From NCBI GenBank assembly GCA_051294375.1, contig CM119268.1:11552200-11616199 (forward strand): a DNA stretch of 64,000 nucleotides, given 5' to 3'. Below the pieces are notes generated by a model. It saw nothing but the letters and a program-made list of their open reading frames with translations. It was not told the origin of the DNA and did no database searches. A program made the position numbers and the translations under genes. Source of the stretch: Paraspadella gotoi. Lineage: Eukaryota; Animalia; Chaetognatha. Below, piece after piece: positions 13,087 through 25,790 of the stretch; position 1 is the first letter of the stretch; each line of letters begins with the position of its first letter.

Positions 13087-16000
13087 GTTTTCGTTTGCAG
13101 AGAGGTCTTGCCGTGTCACAACTCGGTTCTTTTATTGCGATGTTTTTGTTTCGCGAATATTTAAATGCAAAGATTAACTATTTAACGACGCAGAAATAAC
13201 TTTAGATTTTCGTTTTCAAAAATAATTAGTCATGGGTAAGTTAAAGTGAGGTCAAGGACTCTCTCCTCTGTCGCCCAATCTCAACTTCATTTACAGTTTA
13301 AAGTTAGGTTTCAGGTTATAAACAAAAGTAAATCGCGAGCTGGATTAGTTTCAAATTGGGATAATTAAATAAAAGGGAAAACAAGTTATACCCAATCCCA
13401 ATATTAAATTCTTTATTTATTCACTCATTCTCTCCAAAAATGGCCATTTTCCCGTCCTCTTTCTCGTTTCCAGCCAATCGTTTTGGGCCAAGAGCCTCCT
13501 CTCGACTTCTCATGGCGAATGCTTCACTTTTCTTTTTTTTTCTCAAGGCTTTGACGTTCCCCTAGAGACCCGCTCGACTAATGAGAAGGGGAAGGAGAAC
13601 TGGAGAAGGCAGCCGAACGGAGAGAATTAAAAACGAAAAAAAAGGTAAAGTATTCGCTTCAGAAAAAATAAAGGTACTCGCGAAGGGGAGCTAAAATAAC
13701 AAATATTGTAAAAACGGCCGAGACAACGAAGTCTAGATATTAGACAATGGATAAGCATATGGAAAGAAGTAAAAAACCTCTCTGAGAGAATTTAAAAAAA
13801 AAAATAGAGAATAAACTAGCTCCTGTTTAAAAAGCTAAGTAAAATTTCAAGGAAATTTATAATAAATGAGCAAAGACGTTTCTTGAGAATTAGATTAGTT
13901 TTTTGTATAGACTAAAAAGGTAAAAAAAATCTAAAACTGAGACTTAAAAATTCAGCTTCAAAAATCAGTCGACTCGCATCGCCAAGAAAAAGAAACCGGG
14001 AGAAATAAAATTCTCCAAAAACGTAAAACGTAAAACTCCTGGGAGTAATAAAATCGATAAAATGGAAGAGTAAAAAAACCCTTTTTTTCGGTGGAAAAAG
14101 AGATATACAGGTTTCTCTCTGACGAGTTTGTGCCATTACCGATTACGAAACGCGATGGCATTGAATGATGCAGAGTCGTAAAGAAGTGCCTCCGTTAAGG
14201 GTTTCGAATCAGAAGCGTCGCCACTCGCCACATCCCGGCCCGTCGTCCTAATTCTGGCTCGGCTTAAATCCTTTATATCTTAATCCGTCTCCGCGTTCGA
14301 CTTCAATTCGGAATGCGTCATCCTTCAGCCTTTTCTAAGAACTGTTACGCGCATTGCTCGAGATATATCAAACGAACCATGTATGTTAATGTTAAAGTCT
14401 TCTGCTCCTCTAAATCCGATCCTACGATCTAACCTGCTCCTGAAACTCTCTCCTCGGCTACGAATGTACGGATATCCTGATCGAAAAAAAAAGAAGAAAG
14501 AAGAATAATTTAAAAATTTACGAGAAACGACGAGAGCGAAGAGAAGGTCGAATCACGATGGGGGGGGGGGCTGTTGGAATTGCTGGTGTGATGGAGAAGG
14601 GGAAGATGGGATAAGGGAGGAGAAATTAGGATGGAACATAGGAGAGCAGAAAATTAAAAGAATAGGATATGGGAATTGAACGATAGTAAAATAATAGGGA
14701 AGAGAGAAAATTAACTGAAGCAGGTAAGAAAGGAAAAAAAAGCGAGGAGAGGGCGTATAAAAGATAGGAATTTAGAAGACTGAAACAAAAAAAAAAAAGG
14801 ATCAGAAAGGAAGGGAGCAAGGTGGGAAGATAAAATAAAAAAATAAGAACAATACCTTCGAAGGTTAAGAAGAGAAAGAACAGAAGCAGGGAATGAAAAG
14901 GACTTCAATGAAGACAGAGAACCGATGAGCCCGGTGAGAGAAAGGCAGCTGCCTTATCGCCCGATTTACTTTCATTAGGACGAAACTCGAAACTCGAATG
15001 TAGAGGGAGTTGCTTTCACGCTCTTCGATGTCAACCTCAAAGTCAAAGTTAAAAGTCCTTGTTAAATGTTCTATGTTCAATGTTCTATGTTCAATAAGGC
15101 GTAGTAAAATTTCTAAATTTTACTTTAATTAANNNNNNNNNNNNNNNNNNNNNNNNNGACTGGAAAGAGAGAGATCTAACTGAAAACAAAAAAATTGAAT
15201 ATTTGTTGGTGACGAATTTTTCACCGTCTCTTCACGTTGAGTTTTTTTTATCACACATAGAACTACATCGAGATTTGAGAGGGGGAAGATACACTCAAGA
15301 TATAGATTACTATAAAGAGCATTGTTTATACTACTAAACATGTTTTAGCCTATTAAAAGAAAGAGATATTAAATTGGCTCAATGATTAAACCTAGTACAA
15401 GAATGAAACATTCATAAGCAAAGCTTTTATCAGCAGACTAAGTCAGTTAATTACTTTCTAAGTATGTTGCTTCTTGTAAAACACGTGAGAACTTCCCAAG
15501 CATAGGATAAGCAACTTTTTATACATTTAACGTTATTTCCTTACTTATTATCTTCCACATGAGTTCAACCTACGAAATCCCAAGACCAAAAAAAACATAA
15601 CTCAGACCGCGTGTAAAATCAGTCAAAATAAAAAAATGCCCGGTATGTTTGCCATGCAATTAAAATCTTTTTAAATAAAAATGTTTATATATACGAATTC
15701 TCGTCCGCCAAACATACCGCTATACTGAGTCGACTTTACTCGGATACAATAAACCGGTTTAGATACACATTTTTTTAATGACATAATTCTGAATCGAGTA
15801 GGCAAAGTCAAGTAAACAGATCGATGCGTAAAGGATATGCGATACGAAGAGGTGGTTCTTCCTGGGACTGGGGATTTTGTTATTCTCTCTCTCTTTGTAA
15901 ATTAGCGTGGCGCCCCTCTTTTGTATAATATATATAATATACCTCACTCTCGAATGCGCGCGCCGTTTCTCGACTTACGCCTCGGCCGTAAACATTGCAT

Positions 16001-17699
16001 AGGCAACGGAGTTACTTTGAATAGCACTATAATAAAGGATAAGGACGAGGCCGGCCTTATGCGGTGGATGCGTGAGGCAGAGTAGAAAGATGAAGATCTC
16101 GCTTCATCTCACTCGCTCTTTCTCTCTCGCTTCGCCGACATAAAGCGGTCCACTAAGGCGAGATCGCCAACGGATGACCGCATCTTCGACTGTTGAGGTG
16201 TTAATGATCCGGCGATTGCTGTCGATGCGACTGGAGACACGGTTCGCCGTGTTGCTGGGGTAGACAAGAATTTAAATTCGAATTCTTTTTTTTTATATTT
16301 CAGACCGTTTTTTTCCACCTGAGCCCGCGGGATTTGTCTGGACTATTGGGCGGGGTTGCGGAGAGGTCTGATGATCATAATTCCCGGTCATTAATGAACG
16401 AACTTTCGCATTTCCGGGCGCCCGACGCTATGGGCTGAAGTCCTTCGGCGCGACGCAATTCGGCGCAACTCGGCGAGAGAGCATTTCGTCTTCTTTTTCA
16501 CCCGTAGGGAGAGAATGGATATGCGGGTGGCCGAAGAAACCTGTAATTGTATTTCAAATGCGAAAGCTCAATAGATTCTTATAGTTATAGAAATTACCAG
16601 TCGGCCTTTTTTGATGGTAATGGCTGACTGGATTTGCGAAGACATTGAGAATGCGGCAAATGAGGTGCGGAAGTGATGACATTTTTATAAATTTTATTTC
16701 CGGTTCTGGCTTTACGTCAAAAGAGGGTGTTGAAATGCTGATTGCGAAAAGTTAATTGAAAGCTCATGAAAGAGAAGCGTAGACGGGGAGAGGTAAGGTA
16801 CAACGCGGTGTGGAATGTTTAACCGATGAAGGTCATCCGCCATCTTTTGAACACTGGCGAAGTCGCTTTCAGCTGTTTATTGTTCTCGTTATAGGTATCT
16901 GCGCACTGTTACGCCTCGCCTTTTTTTCTAAACGGCTCCGGCCGCTCGGGGAGAGGGGCTAACTAACCTCTATTATTGGTGTTTTTTTCTTTAAATTGGA
17001 TGAGAACGAATCGGCCCATTCGTAATTACTGCGCGTATACGAGTAGGCGAGACAAAAAAAAGTAATTGAGCTAGGTGTTAACAGCGGATATGACATCAGT
17101 TTGTAAAAACCACTTATTAAATCACTGTCTTAAAGGTTTATGTAATAAGTCTTCAAAACAATGAAATAATTCGAGAAAGGCCCATTCTGTCCTGCGACGT
17201 AACGAAATTTGGTTGACGAGATCTAGAAAGTTGATAGAGGAGATATAATCTCATATTGGAGTAAAAATTTCGAGGCGATTAAAATCCTTGTACGTGAAAT
17301 TCTTGTAACTGACCCGGGCTGATTTTAGATTATCGGGCTGAGATGGTGTCAGCCTGGCCACGCAATTCTTAATGTCGCGACTAGAGTCAGAGGTATAGTA
17401 AAAAGCGACTGTCGGCAAATGGGTGCGTAGCTCTCTCCGTTAAGGATCGAAGGTGAACCCAGAGATGTGTCTAGGGGATACGAGTTTACGCCATGATCTC
17501 CGTAAACACTGGCTACTTGAAAAGGTGAGAAAGGAACCTGTTTTGAGGGGGTATTTAAAATGAACACTGAAAGTTTGCTGAATGCAAAAAACTTTGAGTA
17601 ATACAGTAAGAAACGTTTGCTTTGATTAGGAGTATCTGATAGTCCTTCACGAATGATCTAGCGGTAACTAAAGTTTGTCATCATGAGTTTAACGTGTCT

Positions 17700-20140
17700 C
17701 CATCCTCGTTTCCCTCCACCCCGAGCATAATCTCTTCGGGCCTTTGAATCTTCCTCGATCCGAGCGACGGTCAGTTTGTCTTCGCCTCCGACACTCGTTG
17801 CGCAGTGTCCCAAAATGGCGATGAATGTCTTGGCAGGTTTGTAATCACTGAAGGATCTTTGCACGGTGGAGCGCGAAGTGTAGTGCCTTGGCCGAAGATG
17901 TTGGGGTAAAGGATTGAGAGGAGGAATGAGCGGATCCACCGCGGGGTAAGTCCAATTCGGCGATGCCTTCAATACAATAATTTTTTAGAGGATGTTCCAG
18001 ATAGCTGATTCGACGCATGCATTCACGCTCTGGTACAGGACGGTAGTGGCGTCAAATGGGCGAAGGTGGTGCGGAGCGGGGATCGGTCAATCGTAGCGGG
18101 CACGTAGATCGCGGGCCCCCCCCTTGCCCCCCCCTGAAACAGCCCCGGGGATGGGGTTTTGGAAAAAGGAACCCTTCTTTTGTGCGTCGTGATCCTTCTG
18201 CATGCTGACCATGTAGGTTAGCCAAAGCGTCGGCTGATACCGATCGGCCCAGAGGGGATCGGCCCAGCAGACAGCGACACTTCGAACCAGCTCTGAGTTG
18301 TAGTTTTAATTTCAAGGTCATCTTTGGTTTATCATAGCAGTCAGCAAGCGGTTTCTTTATAATTATGTCTCGGCACGAATCTGGTGTAACCTGAAGATGC
18401 TCTGTCATGAAGAGTCAGCGCGACGTCTTGACCCTTCGTAAGTCGCGGAAAGTAATCGGCAGACGGTGAGGCCCGTGAGGCAGACGCGAGCGCGGGCTCC
18501 CGGGCGGCTCGTTCATCTGACCGTGAGACCGCGCAAACCTTTTCGAGAAAGAGTATTGTAAAAAATGAGAAGCGAATTTGGGTGGTGGAAAAAGCCGAAT
18601 AGGGCATAAATACATATGACCTTGGACGTTTTGGTCGCGTGAGGGAGATGACACCTACCCTCGGATCATCGTCGTGATTAGCACGGTTCTTCCCCTTCGC
18701 GGGTTCGCTCCGACCCGCGAACCAAGAGTAACCACCTACAGGAAAAATGGGAGCTAAATATTAACAATTACTATGTTTTAAAGTCTTTTTCACATTTCTA
18801 CCAGTGGGGCTGTGGCGATGTTGTTGATCAACTCATAATCAATACTGTTTTGTGCCGACTCCGGGCGCCAAGAGACCTATGTTAGGGGGCAAATATAAAG
18901 CGGAGTTGTTAGTATGACGGGAGGTCTGCCGTTAGCTCCACAACTAAATAAGTTAACCAACCAATTTGCCGCCTTGGGGTAAGGGAGCCAACAGTGACGA
19001 TCTTTTAATGACCTCTGTTCAGAATGTGGCTGGGCTCGCGTGGACATGTCGTTGAACTGCGGGGGCTTCTTGTGAATAGGTCAAAAACCTACATAATAGC
19101 CTAGTGAGGAAATTGGGTTCAACGAAATCAGGGCTTTGTCACACAACGCAGCTACCTGCGATTCTAAAAAAAAGGTTTGGGCTCAGTTTCGGATTATGAT
19201 GTCGTCATCGTAATAACTCGGAGAGTAGCGAATATTTTCCGTCATCATTTCCATCGTCAAAATGCGTCGTAAAATACAAGCCGCCTCACTGTGTGTCTTA
19301 TGGGTCCTCTTTCGTCGATTGGCTTCGCCGAATGACGTTATAACACGTCCAGAGAGGGTCACTGGGATCGTGATCGGCCTCCAGTGTCGACGCGGCTATC
19401 ACATATAGATAACGCTTTGTATAACACAAAGTGAATAAAATAAAAAGCAGTAACAAGCTTCAATCACCTGGCCGGCGCACAAGTCCTCGGTCGTCCAATG
19501 GCAATGGTGGCACCACCTTCTCACCAGGTTGCGCAACCTAGCGGCATTAAGTGGAAATGGGAATGTGGGGACATTAGGGCGATTAAGGCCAAAACACTAA
19601 AACAAAAAACGGAATTGATTAGGAAGACGAAAACTAGCGATATCTCAGACGCAAGGAGATTCAATCACGCAATTTTTCGGAAACAGTTGCCGACCAACTT
19701 GGAATCATCATTTATATGTATAGTACCAATTTCATATGAAAGATTATGAAAGCGATCACTTAGGAATACACTCATCAAGGACGAGCTTGGTCTCCTGCCC
19801 CACATTAAGGGCATTCAGGGATTGGTGGGAGTCCTCGTCGAGATTGGATCGTCTGGAAACGGCTCCAATGACGGCTGATAATTCTGGCCCACCGCGTGCT
19901 TTTAGGTTTGGTAAAGGGAATATTCGATAGAAGACGTTTGAAAACCATTTGGGCAACTCCCCGTCTCGCGAAAGGTGCTGCTCACCCCTAGCACATCACT
20001 TTTGGTTCGCGGTCAGCCATGTGTCGGTTTCCTTGGTGTGGAAAGGCTGCGACAGAGCGCAGGCGCGAGGACCCGAGACAAAGTCTGGGCCTTGGCGGGC
20101 CTGCCGACGCCCAAAGCGCATCTGTGGAGGTAGGAAAGAG
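17700..20140 (-). pseudogene. Degraded, probably spliced KDZ-type (Kyakuja-Dileera-Zisupton / HMGXB3-related) transposase
   Basis: Allowing small indels, the minus strand gives collinear motifs ILNTEVIKR (~19000-19026), V-C-P-H-G-L-T-V-C (~18455-18486), EGSR-(D)-VA (~18420-18437), RFVPRH..Y..TAC (~18344-18382), IDR-x-x-APHH (~18065-18092) and SVNACVES (~18007-18030). Several pyrimidine-rich AG acceptors are present. Confidence 0.55.
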
Positions 20141-21550
20141 ATTGTCTTTGTGTAATAATTTTGACAGAGAAAAAATAAAACGAAAAAAAAATTAATTTTC
20201 AGATAATTGTCGTTCGAACAGCGAGACTTGCCTCTCAAGAGTAGCGAATATATTCGTTCATCATTTCATATATCGGACCTCTTAAATAACGTATACTAGA
20301 TTTTAGTGGCTTTCTTATCTTCTAACGCCTGCATCTTTGAAGTCGGCAATAGATGGAAAGCCTTGGAAAGTCAATTTTTCTATTGAATTTTGTTTTTTTA
20401 AATGTATGAAGATAAATCGTGGAAGGGTTAGACGTGAGAGTTATAAGTCGATCTGGCAAAAATAAAAAAAAAATATTCCGAGAGAAAAAAATATTTTAGG
20501 TTCAACATTCAACAACGTAGCAATGTTAAGAAATTTGATTTAGAGCAAATTCTGGAATGTTTGATATTAGTACATGAGAGTATCACAGCAATGCGTGAGA
20601 CATTGTAAAGAAGCAAGTAAGCGTTTCATTCACGAGATAAGGGGATTAAGAGTGAGGATTAGCCCGATAACTAAGAATTAGTTTTTACTGAAAAAAACAC
20701 AAAGGAGAGATTAACAAGAGGAAACACTGCATTATTTCACGGTACGCGCAGGAATTTTGAAGACTCGGCGGGTCATTTTGCTTAGAGAGGTCCATTTCCA
20801 AGTTTGTTGGTCCTCTCAGTGTTGGCGACAAGCGAGAGAGATACTGATCTCCCAGCGAAGGGCCAGTCGAGAAGGTCCGGCTGCCCCAGTGACGCAACAG
20901 AAATGCAGCAGGTTATTAAGCAAGACTCGCGCGTCAAAAGGTTCAGTTCATTTCGCAAGCTTCGGCCAAATAAGTGAACTGCGTGGCGGAAGTCATCTCC
21001 CACGATAAGTGCATTCACGCTGAGAAGAAAAAAAAAGGAAAATTCCTTTTCGAGAAGAGTCACCGTTTTCTCTCTCCGAAATAAATTTTGATTAAACAAG
21101 TTGGAGTAAACAATACCGGATCTGCTTACGATGCATATTAGCGGTAATAATCTTGAATGATTGTGTGACTGTTAATCGATGATAATCATAATGGGACGGA
21201 TTGATAGATTTATTGATTATCGTTCAGGTGGTTTATAGATGTTATAAATTGTTGTAGATATTATTTTTGCTGCATGTATTATACATTTATACATTTCTTA
21301 CTGTTAAAAAAGGAAAAAAATCTTAAAGTATCGGTGATCTCGCAGACGTTACTTTCAAAGAATTATGAGAAATAAAAAAACAATGAAATGATTGATCGAT
21401 ACAGTTATTGTATAATAGATAAAAAAAACAAATGAAATGGAGGAATAGAACATAACAATTTAAAAGACCAATGAATGGAAGCATATTAAACTTGTAGTTT
21501 CCTATAAGTTAGCACACTAAGCTATTTGCAATCTTAACACAGCGTGACGA

Positions 21551-22833
21551 TAGGGTGTGGTCACCGCAATTTTGAAAGTTCAGATTTCATTTACATCTTA
21601 GGAAAATATGTTGGAGGTAAAAAAATAAGATGTGTACTACTTTTTGTCAAATTGATTCAACACCCTTACGTGCTACCTCGCTAAAGGATAAAAAACACAC
21701 TTGGGCCAATTTTCCGGTCTAATTGATCTGAATCGCCTAGTGAGCAATCACGTCCAAAGGATTATTTAATTGCCCACCTTCTAAGGAATGATGCGTAAAA
21801 TTTCAGTTTCTATCATTGACGAAGGATCACTAACAGCAGTTATGGGTGTGATGGAGTATAGACAAAGAAGGCTTTAAACATTTAACACTCAAAATAAATC
21901 ATTTCTCTTCAGATCTAATATTTGTTTTATATAATATATATCTAGTGGGAGCAAGTGTCTATTTTTTAAAAGGTGTGCTCACATCCTGGTGGATACTTCC
22001 TGTACAAAATAATAGAACATATCATCACTATTATAATATCATTTTTTCAACAGTTTTTTATCTACATGTTAATTGTGACATAGTAATTAGTAGTCGTCTG
22101 CAACAGTTCCAATGGACCTTAAAATTATCATGTCTAGATTAATAATTGAAAACATGGACAAGTAGTGAGATCAGTTAGGGTAGAATAGCATATTATTTTT
22201 CATAGAATTAAAGTTGCATTTAAGTGCGGGTCTCCATTGAAAATTCTTAAGGGGTCTATTGCATTGTTGGAAGATAGAATAATTAGTATGTCACAATTAA
22301 CACTGTAGATTTTAAAACTGTTAAAAGTAAGTGATATACAGGTAGTGATTATGTTTTTAATATACAGAAAGTATTCCACCAGGATGTGGGCACACCTTGT
22401 TAAAAAATATGGACACTTGGGCTCTAAAAATATGAATTAATGATATAATCAAAAATATTTAGATCCTGATGAGAAATGATTTTATTTTGAGTTTAATGTT
22501 TAAAACGCTGCTGTTCTCTATACTCATGCACAACAGTAACTGCGTAGTGTGAGCTTCGTCATGATCGAGTGCTTGAAAATTTTTTAGCTGCTCATCCTTA
22601 ATGGTAAGGTGCAACTAATAAGATCTTTTGTACGTGGATTGGCTATAGGATTCAGTATTGACGAAAAGTGATGCCCAGGTGTTGGCTTTTTTATCCTTTA
22701 GGCGAGGGTAGACTAAGGTGTTGCCCATTTTGACAAAAAGTAGTACAATTTATTTTTTTTACCTTCCCAGAACATATTTTCCTAGATGTGAATTAATATC
22801 TGAAACTTTCCAATTTGGGTGAAACACCGCTCA
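21551..22833. mobile_element. Foldback/MULE-like palindromic element nested in the large transposon
   Basis: Starts TAGGGTGTGG and ends CACC(G)CT(C)A. 9-bp flanking repeat GCGTGACGA (21542-21550 and 22834-22842). ~590-bp imperfect inverted arms around a ~90-bp spacer. Confidence 0.78.
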
Positions 22834-24943
22834 GCGTGACGACAGCACAAAGAATAATACTAAATGGTTTCTACGCAAGACGGGCTTAAGCTCGTCTTGG
22901 CGAGTAAAAATATAAAATGTTTTATTTTTCAATTGAATCTCATTTTCCGGAACTTTTGATATTCAGGCTTTCAGCTTAGTCACAATTGACCACACGCAAA
23001 TTTCAGATTAAACGACTATGAATGCAGTTATAAATCATGGGGCGGTGACAAGAAGCTTAGGTGTTTTACAGTGGAGTGATTTAAAAACTTTAAAATGTGT
23101 ATTCACTTCATCTTTTTTTTTTTTTATGATGCATCGGGTCATTTTAATTGAAGCTATTAACCAGACTTTTTTTAACTATATAAGATGCGAACAAGACTGC
23201 TGAAAAAACACTCCTCACAGCGCACTCAAAAGAATCACAGCTGCCTCATAAATGCTTTCGTGAAAGATTGTGTTCACAGCTCGAAGACGGTTAATATTTT
23301 GATTGAAAGTCTATATGGGTCTCCCTTTAAAACGCCCTACTTAGCGACAGTTTAGGGGATTTAGAATGTGGAGTTTATCAAGCCCGAAAGAATCTTCAAT
23401 CAAATAATTTAAAAATATTGCTTCAGTGAGAATCTTTTTTTTTTCAGCTATATACACAATGCCCTCTGTTAAGCCATGCATAATATCCAAATGTATTGGC
23501 TCTTTATAAATGTCGCTAGTAGCAAAAATCTAAGGAAGTCCCAGCCTATCATCAGGAAAATTAACTTTTTATATATTAATATAGTTTTTTATAATTTTTA
23601 ACCACTTAATGAAAGAATTTTAAAAATGATTTATATTTTCTTTAATCAACTTTTGACGAGGAATTCAAATCTGCAATCAAAATTAAGAAAAACCTATTTT
23701 GAAATTTTTCGATTTTATAAAGGATAGTACTATATATAAATATAGCCTACTGCAAAAATTAAAAAACATAACATTTTTTTTTTTACAAATTAATGTTCAC
23801 TGATGGTATGTTGTTCATAATTGACTTTTAGAATTTTCGTATGTAACTTTCACTACGCCTTAATGTTCAATGTTCTTGATCTTGATAGAGTCATCTCTAC
23901 GTGTTTGTAATAGATTTGTCTGTCCTATTAATTTGTTAGACTCGCAATCGGTTCTTCTTGGAATCGTTTAAAATAAATAGCAGTGCGTTTTTTTTATTGA
24001 GTTGACGGTGACGAAAATAACGACGACGACAACGACCATACCGGCGTCGGCGGCCTCGGCGGCGGCGTCGGCAACGCCAGCGGCGGCGGCGGCAACGCCA
24101 GCGGCGCCGGCGACAATTTTCAGCCTTTCAGCGGCTAAAAATAAACTGAGAAACAACGAGAACGATCTCAGCGCGAACTGAGTCATGAGAAATAAGGCAA
24201 AGGAAAGAAAGTAAAAAAAAGGGGGAGATAGTTTAAAGCGTCACTGGTAATTTTGACGGGAAAAGTTTGAAGTTTCGTGAGTGAGAAATAGAGAGAAATA
24301 ATTCCGTGTCAGACTGTCAGTATTTCTTCAACGGTCAAGACACATTTGTTTACGAGGAAATAGGACGCCGACTCGCCCGTCGCCTCCTATCCTTTCTTTG
24401 TTTTGATCGTGAAAAAAAACATTTGACAAACGAAGGAGGGAAAAGAGACACAATACATGTTAACGAATCCCTGTGAACCTCCAGAACCACTTTTCTCTTT
24501 CGCTCTTTTCACCATCTCGCCCTCTCTTTATCTTTTTCTGGGTTGATTGTTTCGAGCACGCGAAGATATAAACTAATACTATTATTACTACTATACTGAC
24601 ACAGATATACTTATGTATGTACGATTGTTATTTTTTTTCACACGGAGGAAAAAGCAATTTATTTGTTTTTATTAGTAATAGAAACTAACTTTTTCCTTCG
24701 TGTGAAAAAATAATAAACGTACATGATGAGCGGAATTTATTGTAGAGAGCTCACCTCGATTCAGCTTGAAACGGTTTGGGTAAGTTGAGTGGAAATTGAA
24801 GTTCTAATAATGTTCTTGTTAAATCATACTCGATCTGAAGCAAAAAGTAAGGACGGCCGAAGGCATCATAAATCATTAAATACGCATCTGGTAATGAACT
24901 CAAGAATTAGATTATAATGTAAAAAAAACCCGACACTGGCTAA

Positions 24944-25555
24944 TAAGGCGTAGTAAAATTCCTAAGTTTAACTTTAATTAAAATTCTAAAAGTGAGGAAC
25001 GAACAACATTATACTTATGAACATTTATGTATAAAAAAAATTTATAATCAATTTTACAATTTACGCAGTAGGCCATATTTATACTAGTACTAAACCAATA
25101 AATGTTAAAATTTCAAAACAGTTTTTTCTAAGATTTTTTTGCAGATTTGGATTCGTCATAAAAAGTTGATAAAAAGAAATATAACTCTTTTTGAAAAATT
25201 CCTTCATTAAGTGGGTCAAAAATTAGAAAAAGCTATTTTTTAAACTGAAATTTAACTTTTTATATATTAAATATAGTTTTTTTAATTTTTAACCTACTTA
25301 ATGAAAGAATTTTTAAAAATGAATTATATTTTCTTTTATCAACTTTTGACGAGGAATTCAAATCTGCAATCAAAATTAAAAAAAGCCTATTTTGAAATTT
25401 TTCGATTTTATAAGGATAGTACTATATATAAATATAGCCTACTGCGAAAATTAAAAAACATAAAATTAATTTTTTTTACAAATTAATGTTCACTGATGGT
25501 ATGTTGTTCATAATTGACTTTTAGAATTTTTGTATGTAACTTTCACTACGCCTTA
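24944..25555. mobile_element. 612-bp MITE, non-autonomous derivative of the TAAGGCGTAG family
   Basis: TAAGGCGTAGT...ACTACGCCTTA with an exact 8-bp TSD CTGGCTAA (24936-24943 and 25556-25563). The two halves are imperfect inverted copies. Confidence 0.9.
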
Positions 25556-25790
25556 CTGGCTAATCAATAATCACGCCACGTGATATGTATAAGAAAAGAA
25601 AGGTTTAAGACAAAATGACAAATGATTATTAATGATAATTACTAAAAATCATAACTAAATTTTTATTGATTAAACACGAACAAAATAAGTTTATTTCCAT
25701 TCCGACATTTGGCAAAAATTTATGTCCAACCCTACATACATAAGTATAGGGAAATTTCAAAGGCCTCCTATCAGAGATTACAAGTCACGT

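Larger units (their letters stand above)
15095..23862 (-). mobile_element. Large DNA transposon with TAAGGCGTAG termini and 8-bp TSD (KDZ/Zisupton-like)
   Basis: TAAGGCGTAGT at 15095 and ACTACGCCTTA ending at 23862. Identical 8-bp flanks ATGTTCAA (15087-15094 and 23863-23870). The right ~300 bp match the right half of the MITE at 24944-25555. An N gap (15133-15157) interrupts the left end. Confidence 0.72.

Noticed and set aside
16515-16550. Minus-strand Y-R-F-F-G-H-P-H-I (with one indel) resembling the Mononegavirales L-protein GHP motif
   Set aside because: A single short motif with no other polymerase motifs nearby. The surrounding region is better explained as a TIR transposon.
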